A stretch of DNA of 64,000 nt, taken from the NCBI GenBank assembly GCA_025201805.1, contig MU619255.1, forward strand, positions 252,495-316,494, written 5' to 3'. This stretch comes from Parasitella parasitica NRRL 2501 (lineage: Eukaryota > Fungi > Mucoromycota). Each line of letters starts with the position of its first letter. Within the stretch, counting starts at the first letter, position 1. Made by a program: the position numbers and the translations under genes. The notes under the pieces were generated by a model. It ran no database searches. It saw only the letters and a program-made list of their open reading frames with translations, and was not told the origin of the DNA. Shown here piece after piece: positions 1 through 12,507 of the stretch.

Positions 1-839
1 TATTAGCTATTTCCATGCATTCATCATAAATTTTATCAGTAAGCCATTAAAATCCATTTTTTGGGTCGCTACCAGCCATAATCAATAACCTATACCATAC
101 GAGTTATTAAGCTGGTTGTTGAAAACAGTCAAACTGTTCTCCTAGAATAGAGTTACACCGTACCACAAATCGAAACAACCCACAACCTGATCTTCTTGAA
201 TCAGAGAACAACCTACTTTATTAGATGCAGTGGACTTTGGCGTATCTTTTGGTACTAACTTTGTATCGTTTACTCGCTATTTATCCACATTCCAACGATC
301 TTATACGTATCTGACAACTTTTTTTTCCCGTATTCGGTGAGCTCAAACTTCAAAATCGGAGCGTGCATTTGTTTGGCAATTTTGCAACATAAAATTACCA
401 TCAAAATAAATCCTGCTATCTGCTTTATTATCATAAAAAATTAGGCGCTTTTGTTGCTTAAATTGAGGCCGTACACTACCTTCAAAGTAGTACTTTCTGC
501 TCACAAAGTGCGAATTAAACGAAGATGGAGAATTCCCTGGTGACCGAGTTTTCGCCGTACCAAAAATGCATTTACTCACATAACGAATTTTATCAAATAG
601 TGTTTTTTTCTCTTTACAGTAACAAGATCCCTCCATCTAGATATTATCCTCTTCTTCCTCGTCACTGCTACTCTCGGGTCTCTTTTCTGCCAAGTCCAAT
701 ACTTTTTTGTGTATGTCTACATCGTCCAAGATGCGTTCAGGATCGTTTCCGGGAATTTTAAGATGGGCTTTAATTATGTTTCGCATTATTATTTTTTTTT
801 TATTTCCTATATCATTTTTAAATTTACTGCATTTTTCAC

Positions 840-2480
840 AGCTTTACTATTTCCAAGGATTCTGACTCACCTGCTGCTGATCCTGGAATCAACTCTTCTA
901 GCGGATCTCATGCTTCGTTGAAGGTTGCAACCTGGTAGTGCCGATGCTTCTTCTCGTGAGGCGCAAACAGCCACAATGAAGCCTGAGGAGATACGTCTGA
1001 AGAGTATTACAGTCGCTTTGCTCTTGCTATGCTGTAAGACAAGTTATTCGTCCAAAGACTCTACTTTGGGCGATACATTTCCTCTTGGGTTTTCCAGCCT
1101 ATTGGAAAATCCAAATCAACACAATTCGGTGTCCATTGATCTCGTCTGCTTCCTCGTTGTCTTGGTGCAGATCTCCGTGAGTGGTTAATTGAGTACCGGA
1201 GGGTTACGTTGGGGTGAGACGTTGACCTGGGAGGTTATCAAGACTTCCATGGTGCTACGATATGGTGTTCCTAAGGAACAGCTTCGCTTGCCTCGGATTC
1301 GTGCTTTCCTAAACTGTTGCATCCGCAACGATGAGGTCGTGGACTCTTTCTTAGAGAGATTCAAGAAACTCCAAGTCAAGGCGGAGGTTAAAGACCCGTA
1401 CGTTGTTTGTACGGTGCTCTTTGACTCTTTTCCATTGTCCTTTTGGAATGTGGTGTCCGTGTCAATGTCTCAGGTGCCTGAAAAGAAGTTCTATGACCCA
1501 GAGTACATGGTCAATGTTCTGCGCCGTATCGCACATTCTGTGGATACTAAGAATGGTACTCTGGTTCCCGACGGGTTGAAAAACCGTAAGCGTGGCCTAG
1601 ACGAGGGAAATAGGCGCCCTCATAGTGATGATTTTGGGAAGGACAGCAAGAAGTCCAAGTGGGCTCCTGGTGGTTCTGGTGGCTGGTGGCTCTGGTTCGT
1701 CTGTTTCTGAGGGCAGACCAACGGGCAAACGTTGTTGGAAATGCAATTCCAACAACTGGTCTCGCCAACATGTTTGCGGGACGGGCATCAGATCCAAGGG
1801 ATCTGCTAAGGTGTTGCGTGTGTTGTCATCGGCTTCTTCTCCTTCTTCTTCTTCGTATGTCTCTTCTGTTGACACCGCTGTCAATCTTGCTGTTCTGTCT
1901 GCTGCTGCTGGGTCTCGTAGTGGTGCTTCGTCTGCTTTTGCAGGTGATGTCGTTTCGTCTGATGAGGACGATGTTTCTTCTGGGTTGGCTCTGGATGAGC
2001 CAATGGAAGATGTAATTGGTCTTGGTGACCTGAAGGGTAGAGCTTCTACCCTCGTTTCGACAATGGCCAAAGTTTCGGTCAGAGATGATGCTGCTGCGAT
2101 TACAGCTTTGAATGCTCAGGATTGTAAGTTTGACGTAAGGTTTAGCGCGGCTCCAGCTATGAAAACCAATTGCATTTGTGTTCCTATTGTGGTGCAAAAT
2201 GTATTGTGCTTTGGCTTGGTTGATAGTGGAGCTACTTTTAGTTGCATTACTAATGAATTCTTTACGTTTTTAGGAGGGCAGTCAATATCGACGTTCTAGC
2301 CTGCTGCTGGTATTGTCCAGCTTGGACATGTCTCGTCTTCTGTATCTCGTGTGGGGTCAGTTGACCTTAATATTTTTTATAATAAAAATGCTGTAAAAAA
2401 TGAATTTGAAGTTTTTGATTTTTATTCAAATGAGAATGTACATATTCTGCTTGCCCTTGACATTTTGTCGAAGACAGGCA
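840..2480 (+). mobile_element. Degenerate, truncated Ty3/gypsy-like LTR retrotransposon (gag, Zn knuckle and aspartic protease only)
   Basis: Gag-like ORF 1189-1710; after a frameshift, CWKCNSNNWSRQHVC knuckle and retropepsin motif LVDSGATFSCI. An in-frame TAG at 2297-2299 is followed by more protease sequence (PAAGIVQLGH...HILLALDIL). No RT, RNaseH or integrase; LTRs not identified; boundaries approximate. Confidence 0.8.
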
Positions 2481-3048
2481 CCTGGTTTTAGTGGTTCAAT
2501 CTCTGTTTTTCGGTTACTTTTGTTGTTTAAACTGATTTTACACATAACTTTTGATAGACAAATCACCCCGTGGAAACCAAGCTTTGCTCAAATAGCCCTG
2601 ATTGTGCCTCTTTTAATCAAAGGTAAGCCAATCTATACTTTGCTTTTAATCAAAACCTATTAATGTTTACATTCCATTTTCACTTGAAATTTTTGTTTTT
2701 CGTTGATAACTTTACAGATGTTAACATTTTCATCAAAAGAAGTATTTTTATTAGATATCGCTGAATTTTTCCCAGGGTTGGTCTTGAAGATGGATTTGAG
2801 ATAGGTTTTTATAACACTAATATGAGATAAATCACTGGATATTAGTAAGCTATTAACAAAATTGAGCAACTCCTTGTTTTTAGAGAACTGTTCAAAATTA
2901 TCAAAATTGGGAAGATTCTATCGTTTTGGGAGCAAGAAGAAAGCACAGGAAAAAATCTAGATTACATTAACCATCTAGCATATTGGAAATACATTTGCTT
3001 TTGGATTCATTTATTTACATATCGCAGTACATTTTATAAGAGAATGAA

Positions 3049-6000
3049 TTACAATGTGTTATCTTTCTTGATCAAAGGATCACTGCTTGATCTGGAATTT
3101 TGAGTGTTAGGTCTAGAAATATTATGTGCAGCTTCTTCATTGTCTTCCGTCTCAGCAGTAAGAGGAAAAATAGCAGGCGAACTGAGCCCGCTGTGCGCCA
3201 TCTCCATTCGGTGCTGAGGCATCAAGTAATCACTGTTAAATCCATGCGAGCGTCTGCGCTCAGGATGGTGATAATACACTTGATGGATCGATTTTGTAGT
3301 ACTTGATTTCGCGCCATCGCTTCCGCTACCACCACTACCTTCGCTATCTTGGCGATGAGGATCTCGTGAAATGGTTCCGCGTTCGATTTGATCCAATGTA
3401 GCATCGTCTGCATTATTCTGCTCGTTTTTCAAATGCTGTAAACGGAAATCACCTGCAGATGTATGCTCAGCCTTGGCGCTGGGTTGCTTGATCTGGCCTC
3501 GTTTAAACATGGAACGCAGAAGATTGATTTTGGGGTGAGCAGGTTTGACACTGGCAATAGAGACAGCATCGTCATGTGCCGTCTTGCGTGCTTTGGTGAA
3601 AAGTTTATCATCTCTTTGCTTGGATGCGCTTTTGGTTGCAGGTAGAGTGTCAGAAGCAGAATCCGCTGTCCTATTTTCACCTTCAATTCTTCGCAGAATT
3701 TCAGCCAAATGCTGTGCCAGATTGCCGCCACTACCATCCTGATGGTTATGGACGAAATCGGACTTGCGACGTCCTACGGGAGGTCTTCGGGCTTCTTCGC
3801 CCTTGACAGGCATTTTAACAGGCAGCCACAGTTGAGGCAAATAGCCGACTAGAAGAGGATTACCATACTTTTTAAGACCAGCATCCAAAAGACCAGGATT
3901 GAGTTGCATAGGCGGCTGACGATAATCAGTCGATTTATCAGGTGTAGCTTCGTAGTCGTCTTCATCCAATGCAACCTTTCGGTGGCGAGGGCGAAGAATA
4001 GTAGACTTGCTGTCAGTCTTGGAGCCAGTGGGGGCCAGCTGGGGCTTAAGGTTGACAGCTGACAGAGCGGCTTTCTTCCAACGGCTGCGAACTTCATTCT
4101 TCTTCTCCTCTTCTGCTTTTTTGTCCTGGATCATCTTGGCTTGTTTTTCAGCTTCATTCACTCGTTCGTCGCAAGATGAACCTTCTTCATCGGAATCTTC
4201 ATCGTTGGAATCTTCGTCGTCTGACGTGGGCAACTTGTGCAGGTTATCCTGAAGCAGCTGCATGGGCAGATTATGTGCACTTTGGTAATAAGCTCTATTA
4301 AGAATATAACGGAATAGAAAAGTGATAAAGATGAGAGGGACGAGGAGACCGCCAAGCACATACGACCCTCTAATCAAGAAGAGGCCCATCATGGTCAATT
4401 GAAATAGAACAAGAGTAAATATAACACGAGGGATCACCATGGTCCAAAGTTTACCAGCGGCTTCGTAAGGGCGAAAGTAGACTAAGTGTAGAGATCATTA
4501 GTACATGTCTTTTTAGCAAATGCAAACGCTCAGAATTACCATATAAAAATTGGTATTTGTACACAACGTAAGTAAAACAAAAGTAAATTGTACCAAACAG
4601 CAAAACCAAGGGACACATGAGAGAGTATTCAAATACAATGGCAAATACTAGCAGAGGTGCAGGATAGCCAATTCCGTAATTGAAAGCCCAAGGTGCACGG
4701 TTTTCCGCATGATCTCTTGGCGTGCTGCAGAGGAACAAATGGTTGAAGCCACGAATGATGATTGCACCAAGCAGCAACAGGTTCAAAGGCATACTATCGA
4801 GAAATATGTAAATCATCCTGTCTAAAGAAAGCAATCCTTCTGTTATATACTTGCATTAAAAACCCTTGCAAAATAGTATAGTTGACAAAGAAGGGAGCAA
4901 TCTAACTTATGGTGAGTGGCCCTAGAAATCTGATAAAATTTGTTTTCTTTTCTCAACTTACTGTAGGTAAAGCCTTGGCTAAAATTCGAGGTATTTCTTG
5001 GGGGTCGTTGGCAACCATGCTTAGAAGGGTGATTAGCGTTGAATCAACGACCGAGTACGATATCAAGGTCAAGAAAATCAAGAAAAAGTATTGCTTACTG
5101 AGTGTTGATTCAGCAATTGCACTTCGAGATCTTAAGCCCTGATAGTACCCCATGGCTAATTTACAATGACATTAATACAAACCGCTGCAAAACTATATGT
5201 GTGAAAACTTACTGTCAAAGAGCAAAGGCAAAACCGACGTAAAAATATTGAGGATTAGAGGAGGAATGAATGAGTTAAAGATCAATGCAACGGCAGGAAT
5301 CGATTCCATACGTTCACCAAGAGAATTGTTCAATTTCTTGATGTTGGCAATACTGAGAAGTGCTGAGACGCCAAAGACAGGAACAAACCAAGTGAGACAG
5401 ATCAAGACGGTGATGGCCCAAATAATCGACTCACGAACGATTCTTTCGCGGCCACGGATAGCAATTGCGCTCCACAACACATCTCTAGGCTCACAAGCCA
5501 TACCGGTACGACATACAAAGGGCTCAGGGCTGATGGCAATCTGAGATGCAGTAATCTGGACATGTGTTTAGCCTAACTGATGCAATTGTATGGCCCTTTT
5601 TTTTACACTTACAGCACTGCTCATAGATTCAAAAGTGACAAAGGCGACATTGGTCATTTCAAAGTTGGGCGAGTTTCGTTGATCCATCACGACTTTATCC
5701 AAATCATCAAACAGCTTTGTGTAATATTCAATAGCGTCAACTTTTTTACCGCCTATTCCCAGAAATCCACCTACACGAGCAGTAGGCCGCTTTGATTTTG
5801 TGGTCTTCTTTATGCTGATTGGCTCGACAAGCCCTTTAAAAAACGTCGTATTGCCCAGTCTTTTCTTGAGCTTTTTCACTTTTACAGTGGAAGATCTCTC
5901 AGATCTATCATCCTCTTCTTCCTCATCACTGCTGCTCTCGGGCCTCTTTTCTGCCAGGTCCAATACTTTTTTGTACATGTCTACATCGTCCAAGATGCGG

Positions 6001-7182
6001 TCAGGATCGTATCCAGGAATTCTACACGGGTTACCCCAATATTTCGCATACGCTTTTTCCAAGTTGGTCAACGCTTGCGCTCTTTTTTTGATCATGGTAT
6101 GCAATCGGTGGACTGTTCGTACGACATAGCAGCTTTCGACGGGACCAATCCCCAAATTCTCGTAGTAATCCGCCAAGCTCTGATCAGACCTCAAGTGGTC
6201 GGGAATGCCAGTAACAATGACAGATCGAGAAACCATGGATTTCGACTGCTTCAAGAGATACTTTGCCCGAAGGTAAATGTAGTCATTGTAGTTTTGGTTT
6301 AAAAAGTAAAATGTAATGAACGTAAACACATACGCAAAAACGAGATAAGCGATAATTTTGTTGGAGTCATTCTCGATAACTGAAATCGACACCCTCTCAA
6401 GTGCTGTCGTAGTGTTGCCCAAATGTGTGTAATCCGAAGTCATGGTGATTGGTATAAATACGACAAGGCCAAAGAATGTGCAGACGGCAAAGATTTTGAT
6501 GCCCATAACTACAAACTTCAACATCTGTTTGTTGTCGCGCATAAGTTACACATGTCCCTTTTTTCTTTTTCTTTTTTTTTTTTTTTTACCAGCAAAGCAT
6601 CCAAGCCAACATTAATCAGCATTTCTTCATCACTGATTTTTAATAAAGGCCATATCCAACCAAACAAAGATGTCGGCAATTCAGGTGGTTTATGTCTACA
6701 ACAAAGGTTGATTTAATATAAACACTTTCGCAGTAGCAAGGATGCGTGTATCACGTATTTTACCGTTTCATGTTTGCTCGAGGAGAAAACAACACTGGTA
6801 CTCTAATCAATTGTTGAGATTTCGATGCTGATTGGGAATCAATAATGGGCATTTACCTTGTTCTGAATATACAGAAGATGAGGAAGAAGATTATGCCAAT
6901 TATGACACATATAGTAAATTGAGACCCAATATTGGCCGTATGTCTGGCATCGTCTAGATATTTCTCTCCTATACGAAAATCCAAGTCAAAGCCTGGACCT
7001 TTGGATTGTGTTGGAGAAGGTTCTTCTGACGATGTGGCTGTTGATGTGAATTGACTGCTGCTGGTAGCCGACGCAATGGTGCTGGATATATTGTTGGATA
7101 TAATCGATGATATTGTTGGGGATATAATGGAGGACAAACTCGCAGTTATCGTTGAACCTGACGGTTCAAGCGTAACTGACAT
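3049..7182 (-). CDS. CSC1/OSCA/TMEM63 (DUF221, RSN1/PHM7-like) stress-gated cation channel, multi-exon
   Basis: Exons give VSRSVIVTGIP, VDAIEYYTKL, NVAFVTFES, CEPRDVLW, FNYGIGYP, YVVYKYQFLY; many TM helices; S/T-rich N-terminus; long disordered C-tail. Confidence 0.92.
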
Positions 7183-8784
7183 TCCTTAATTACAAATTGG
7201 CAAGGAGAACAAGAAGAGAAAAAATGAACAAGAATCATTTAATGTATTTTATGTGATCGCAATCGTCCCTCAATCTCAGCCCATCACATAAATTATGAAA
7301 AACCAAGCATCATCGTCATACAGAAATTGGTCTATGACCATTTTGTAGTTTCCAGCCGAAAGGGTGTATTCCTGTTGCTCTCATGTCACTTTTCTCTTAT
7401 TTGTTTCTTGCGCTAACAGCTATGGCTTCTTTCAACAGCTTGCTTTTCTAGCATGGTTTGGAACCCTTAGAGTGGTGGCTTTCATCCTAATTTTACCTTG
7501 GTACGATTAAAACTCATGTTTAAAAGAAACCCACTCATGTCAGATGACTTGATTCAGTATACCTCCATTGTCTGATAGCGCCAAGGGGTTTTTTTGATCA
7601 ATTCAACATGCAAAATCATGACATTTGGTTTAGTAAAAAATGCAACGAACAAGGAATTATTTGTGTGAACCAGAAATGTGAAAATATACAAGATTGGGAA
7701 CTGAGAGAGGATGATATTTTCTTTTCAAAATGATATATTGATGAAATCACCACTAGTCATCGCAGGGACAAGTATAAACTAAGAGGACTATATTGTTGGC
7801 CATTGCTATGTATAGTTTAAAGTTTGAGACCATGGCCACGATTGGATTAGATTATGAACCATGTAACTATCATAAAATGATCACGAAACTAGGGTAATTC
7901 AACTTTTGAATGTTAAATTTGACTTTTTGTTGCATTATCAGAGCATGTATGACGAAATCCAATATGCCGTAGTAAGCTAAATTACTTTATAACATACTTC
8001 GCAGAGCCAAGTTGTGTGGTCTACTCGTTACTCAGTACCCCTACAATCTCCTTTATTGTTATTTAATGAGTTCTATTCATTTTTATCTTTCCGGGCCAAA
8101 TCTTGCCATTATTGAATATATCTACATAGTCTTCAACAATTTAAATACGAACACCCAATAGTTGTCTTGGCATATACGTTTTTGATGATCATAAGGATAA
8201 GGATAATATTATTATGCTATTTTATATTTGTAAGTTGAGCCGAGCTTTGGATGTGAACTTGAATCTATCAATTCTCCTGAATTAATTCAAACTAGAAAAA
8301 GTTTTGGAGATACGGAGCAACAATGATTCCGCCGCAATTCTGGATTTTTCAGCCGTTAACATTGCCAAGTAGCTAACTCACTTCCTATGTTGGCAAAATT
8401 TTCATACAGGTCGCCATTGCTATCGTCGATTGAGGCCATGTTGTTGAAAAATATCAAATGAAAATGGCTCAAGGTTCAACTGATTATTGCATTTATTTTC
8501 TACTTGGATAAATTTCTGTAAATAAATCAAATATTTGCAAGAAATCTTTTTGACAGGAAAGTAATAAAGATCATAAAATTTGTTCGGGAACCCCAGATTG
8601 AGCAGCTGATCTTGTGCAATTATTCCAAATGCACATATGTTTTCTGAGGAATTTTTATTCATTGAGTCTGCTACAACTTTTTTTTTCTTTTTTATTCCCC
8701 GGATATATCCAAGCTTTGGAAACCTTTTTTTTTTTTTTTTTTTTTTTTTTTTNNNNNNNNNNAATAGTAGCTGCAGTAGTAACA

Positions 8785-10267
8785 ATGACTGATATGAGAA
8801 ATGTCAACAATTGGTATATTGTAGAGTCACAAAGCTAATTGATGATTAACTAATTTGTAATGTATAGGCATTGGTAAGATACAGCAGCACAGCAAATGCA
8901 TTGCTTAATTTATAAATTCATAGGGTTAACAAAGACTGCAGACATTGGGCAGAGTGTTATTTGACAGAAAAGTTAGTCGGCACATCCGTCGATAAGGACG
9001 ATTTACACGTAGTCATCACTAGTTTAGATAAATGCGAAGGCGATGTAGACCTCAATCAAAGAAAGGGCAAGTTGTTGGCAATTTACGATGTAGCTTTAAA
9101 GTTAAGCTGGAAAGGTATATCCAATACGCCTGTGCGTGTTTCTGTTTATATAACACCATTTTGCAGGAAAGTCAAACGATGGGTCTCTTGTGTTTGGTGA
9201 TATCACGGTACCTGAAGTTGCTTACGATTCAGATATTGATAGCTACGTGGTAAGGAAGCCGTTAGGTTAACATGTGTAACAAGAAATGACTCATGCACAT
9301 TTATACCCACAAGTTTATCATCCAAATTAACAGCGGCTCAGGAGATGAAATTAAAAGACTAATTCGATCTGATCTTACGCCCTTACTTGCAGCAAAGTTT
9401 TCCCATCTGACTCGTGATTTAGTTGAGAGTAAGTTTTCTTGGAATTTGATAAATCGAGTATGTATTGATATGCATAACAATGTACCAGAACATAGCTCTG
9501 ATTTATATGCGGATAAAAACTCTACGCCGCCAACACCTACACTAGTACAAAGGAAGAATCTGACGCAACAAGCAGCTACATCAACACCTATCAAAAAGAC
9601 GGTAGCCGACGAAAAAGTAATCAAGACCAGTATCATTGAGCATTCGTATGACTTTATTGGAGCGACACCCAGAGACATTTACGAGGCTTTGTTAGACGCT
9701 CAACGTGCTAATATTTGGTCACATGGAAAGGCTAAAGTGTCAAAACGCATTGGCTCCGAGTTTGCGATGTTTGATGACAATGTTCACGGCACTTTGATGC
9801 AAGCAGTAAGGCATCTATACATATCTGGATGAATATCGTGCTGACACGAGTATATAGATACCTGGAAAGAGTATTATGCAAACATGGAGGCTTAAAACTT
9901 GGCCTAAAGGTGAGGATTTTCGAGCGGATGGTCAATCAATTGGCTAAAACTTCCATTTTCGATAAAAGATCATTACTCCACAGTAATGCTGAAATTCATA
10001 GAAACTCGGGATGGTGTTACAGTAAACGTAAATCAAGTTGGCGTACCTGTTGGACAAGAAGATCTAATTCGAAACAATTGGACGCGGTACTACTGGAATA
10101 GCATTAAAGAAAGCTTGACTAAGGGACAGCTGCAGCATTTGCCAATTCAGAATGACCCATTATTACTTGGTTTGATTGATCCAAAACATCTGGTCCTGAG
10201 TGTTTTTCTAATAGTTTTGATCCTTGCATTTACTGCCTACAACGTAGCTCCAACAATAAAGTTATAA
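8785..10267 (+). CDS. AHA1: Hsp90 ATPase activator Aha1 homologue with a C-terminal hydrophobic tail
   Basis: Spliced NVNNWHW motif (6-nt microexon 8868-8873), EGDVDLNQRKGK (RKxK motif), AHSA1/START-like C-domain (QTWRLKTWP, NWTRYYWNSIK). Confidence 0.92.
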
Positions 10268-10813
10268 CGAATTATAGTCCTAGGCATACATTCACGTAAT
10301 GCTATTTCTGGGTATAGGATCCCACCCGAGGTTTTTTTCTTCTTGGTAGCTCTGGCTTTTAAGCGAGTCTCGTCTTCATGCTTCACATATAGAGCGATTG
10401 GCCATGGCACACCACTGCTTGTGTTACGAAAATGAAAGCATCCTGTGATATGATACTAACCTTCTCAGCTTGAGAAAATTGTGCATTTTCATTCATAAAC
10501 GCATGTTCTAGATGTTAAAATTAGCAGAATCTACGCCAAGGTTCATTGCGAAATTAAATTGTTTAATTTTACAAATAANNNNNNNNNNAAAAAAAAAGCC
10601 TAAAAATGTGGGGTGGGGTAAAAGATTTCGTCCAGGCACCAATTGTACTCAAATGGTATAAAGTATAAAAAGCTACTGATAGAACCGGGCCTTTCTTTAT
10701 CCCTCTCTTTTCTTTTGTTAATCCCTTTTGTTTGCTTTCTTTGTATAATCCTCTCCTTTTTATTAGATACGAATTATACTCATAAATCACCATTGCCGTA
10801 CAACCAATTCAAA

Positions 10814-11471
10814 ATGAGGCACGCTGTATTATGTGATGAACTAGATAATATAACTCAGTCATACGATTACGGTATTGTGCCTGGCTCGGCAACTGTATTT
10901 GTCAGAGACGAATTGAACAACATTGGAAGACTGGATTTGACATTGCTGGAGGGTGTCATGATTGTAGTGGAGGTCTCTGAAGAAGGATATAAGGTAGAAC
11001 TTAGTAAGATTAAGGTTGTGTGGGAGAATATACGGAGTTGAAACTAACACCTATTACCCAAAGGTGGGATCATGTTCACCACTCTCAAGCACAAGTACTG
11101 CACTTGCTACTGCTCAGATTGTGCAAAAAAACCTTGAAGTTCCATTTGAAACCATGGATAACTTATTAATGGCTATTTCACCCATGTTTCGCGAAAGGTT
11201 TCAACAAGCACTTTATGATAAATTAGAGAGTGTTCATCGACACCAACAACAGCCATCGACAATGTCGACATCTATGCCAACAACAACAGCCGAAACGTCA
11301 ATACCACCATTAGCATCAGGTTCTTCATTTCAGCAGAATTCTACTCCACATATATTATTACAGCAACCTTCATCATTACAAAATACGCAACCTCCAATAC
11401 AAGATCACTCTGCATTAGATATAACTACTCAAGATTTGTTTGATGATATTCATAATTGGCTGCATCAATAA
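10814..11471 (+). CDS. GSKIP (DUF727)-domain protein
   Basis: Two exons (intron 10994-11063); LTLLEG...VEVSEEGYKV and FETMDNLLMAISPMFRERFQQALYDKL resemble GSKIP; Q/S/T-rich tail. Confidence 0.75.
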
Positions 11472-12425
11472 ATAAACGAGAGTGGGGAAGAGACAAGGAA
11501 AAGTTTGATTTTCAATACACGAATATACATGTGATATTAATTTTAGGTCTAATATGCATTTTTTTTAGCAATAATTAAGTTCTTGATGTGTATTCCTTTT
11601 CACTTTCTTTGCATTTGGCATATAACAGCTCGAGTTTCGTGGATTTTCTCTCGAAGTTGATAATTCAAGGGAAAGAGCAAAATACGATGTCAGGAAACAT
11701 GAAGAATGATAGTAATGATCATTGCAAAACATTATTTATCCAGTAACAGGATCACGAAGTTCGTTTACTGCGCACATAAAACAACATTTGAGCAAATGCG
11801 TTTACGCAATTTCGAGTATCCTTAAATCGATATAGTTATGTTAAATGTACGTGTGCTAATTGCGCCCATATACATTATATACGTATTTAGTATTCGGATT
11901 TTACCGACTAAATTGATTTTAAGGCTTTCCAGATGATTTTTGGTAAGAAACCTATGTTCATTCTTTGTTTGCACATTTGCTCCTAAATCAAACACATTAT
12001 CACACTCAAGTCATAGTACTCTAATGCAGTATCAAGTACCATTTTCAAATCTAATGCCACTATACAACTAGGCGGTTGTATGAAAACATTAGAGTCAATG
12101 TCTTTAGTGTTTTGCAAGCGTCATGAAAGATTCACATTCTACCGTTGACATTACAACCAAATTTAAAATGTGAGTGCCGCACACAGTTCGTATATTTGAC
12201 ACTGATGTCATTCTCATTTATTTCTTTCGATACAATCAAGATCTTTGATACAAAAAATGGTCAAATTAATAAACGTTATCTTTTAATATGTATCTTGTTC
12301 TTAGAATCCCATATTAATTACGACATGCACATGCCAGCTTGTCCATGTCGAAGAATCTACCGTTTACCATTTTCTCTCATTTGCATCCGGCTCGGACATT
12401 TTGTCAAAATAATCGCAAAAAATAT

Positions 12426-12507
12426 TGCAGACAGCGAGATTCGAACTCGCGCCACTCTCGTGAATACGACCTGAACGTATCGCGTTAGACCACTCCGCCA
12501 TATCTGC
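12426..12507 (-). tRNA. tRNA-Leu (CAG)
   Basis: Cloverleaf: acceptor GCAGATA/TGTCTGC, anticodon arm ATACG-TTCAGGT-CGTAT, long variable arm, T-arm GCGAG-TTCGAAT-CTCGC, discriminator A, downstream T-run terminator. Confidence 0.95.

Noticed and set aside
1660-1710. Programmed ribosomal frameshift in gag
   Set aside because: It lies within gag upstream of the knuckle, in a GGT repeat with no slippery heptamer, in a copy with other lesions; a simple indel is more likely.
7430-8600. Short protein-like fragments in intergenic DNA (also 1-300, 12850-14000, 18850-19700, 22750-23030, 42990-43170, 52150-52560)
   Set aside because: Possibly decayed TE or gene remnants, but I could not assign any motif; needs a translated search.
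8722-8762. Poly-T tracts adjoining N runs (also ~10579, ~33398, ~59793)
   Set aside because: Assembly gaps at homopolymers; ORFs crossing them are unreliable.
12426-12507. tRNA(CAG) as a sign of CUG codon reassignment
   Set aside because: It has ordinary Leu features (A discriminator, long variable arm), and CTG codons read sensibly as Leu in conserved proteins.
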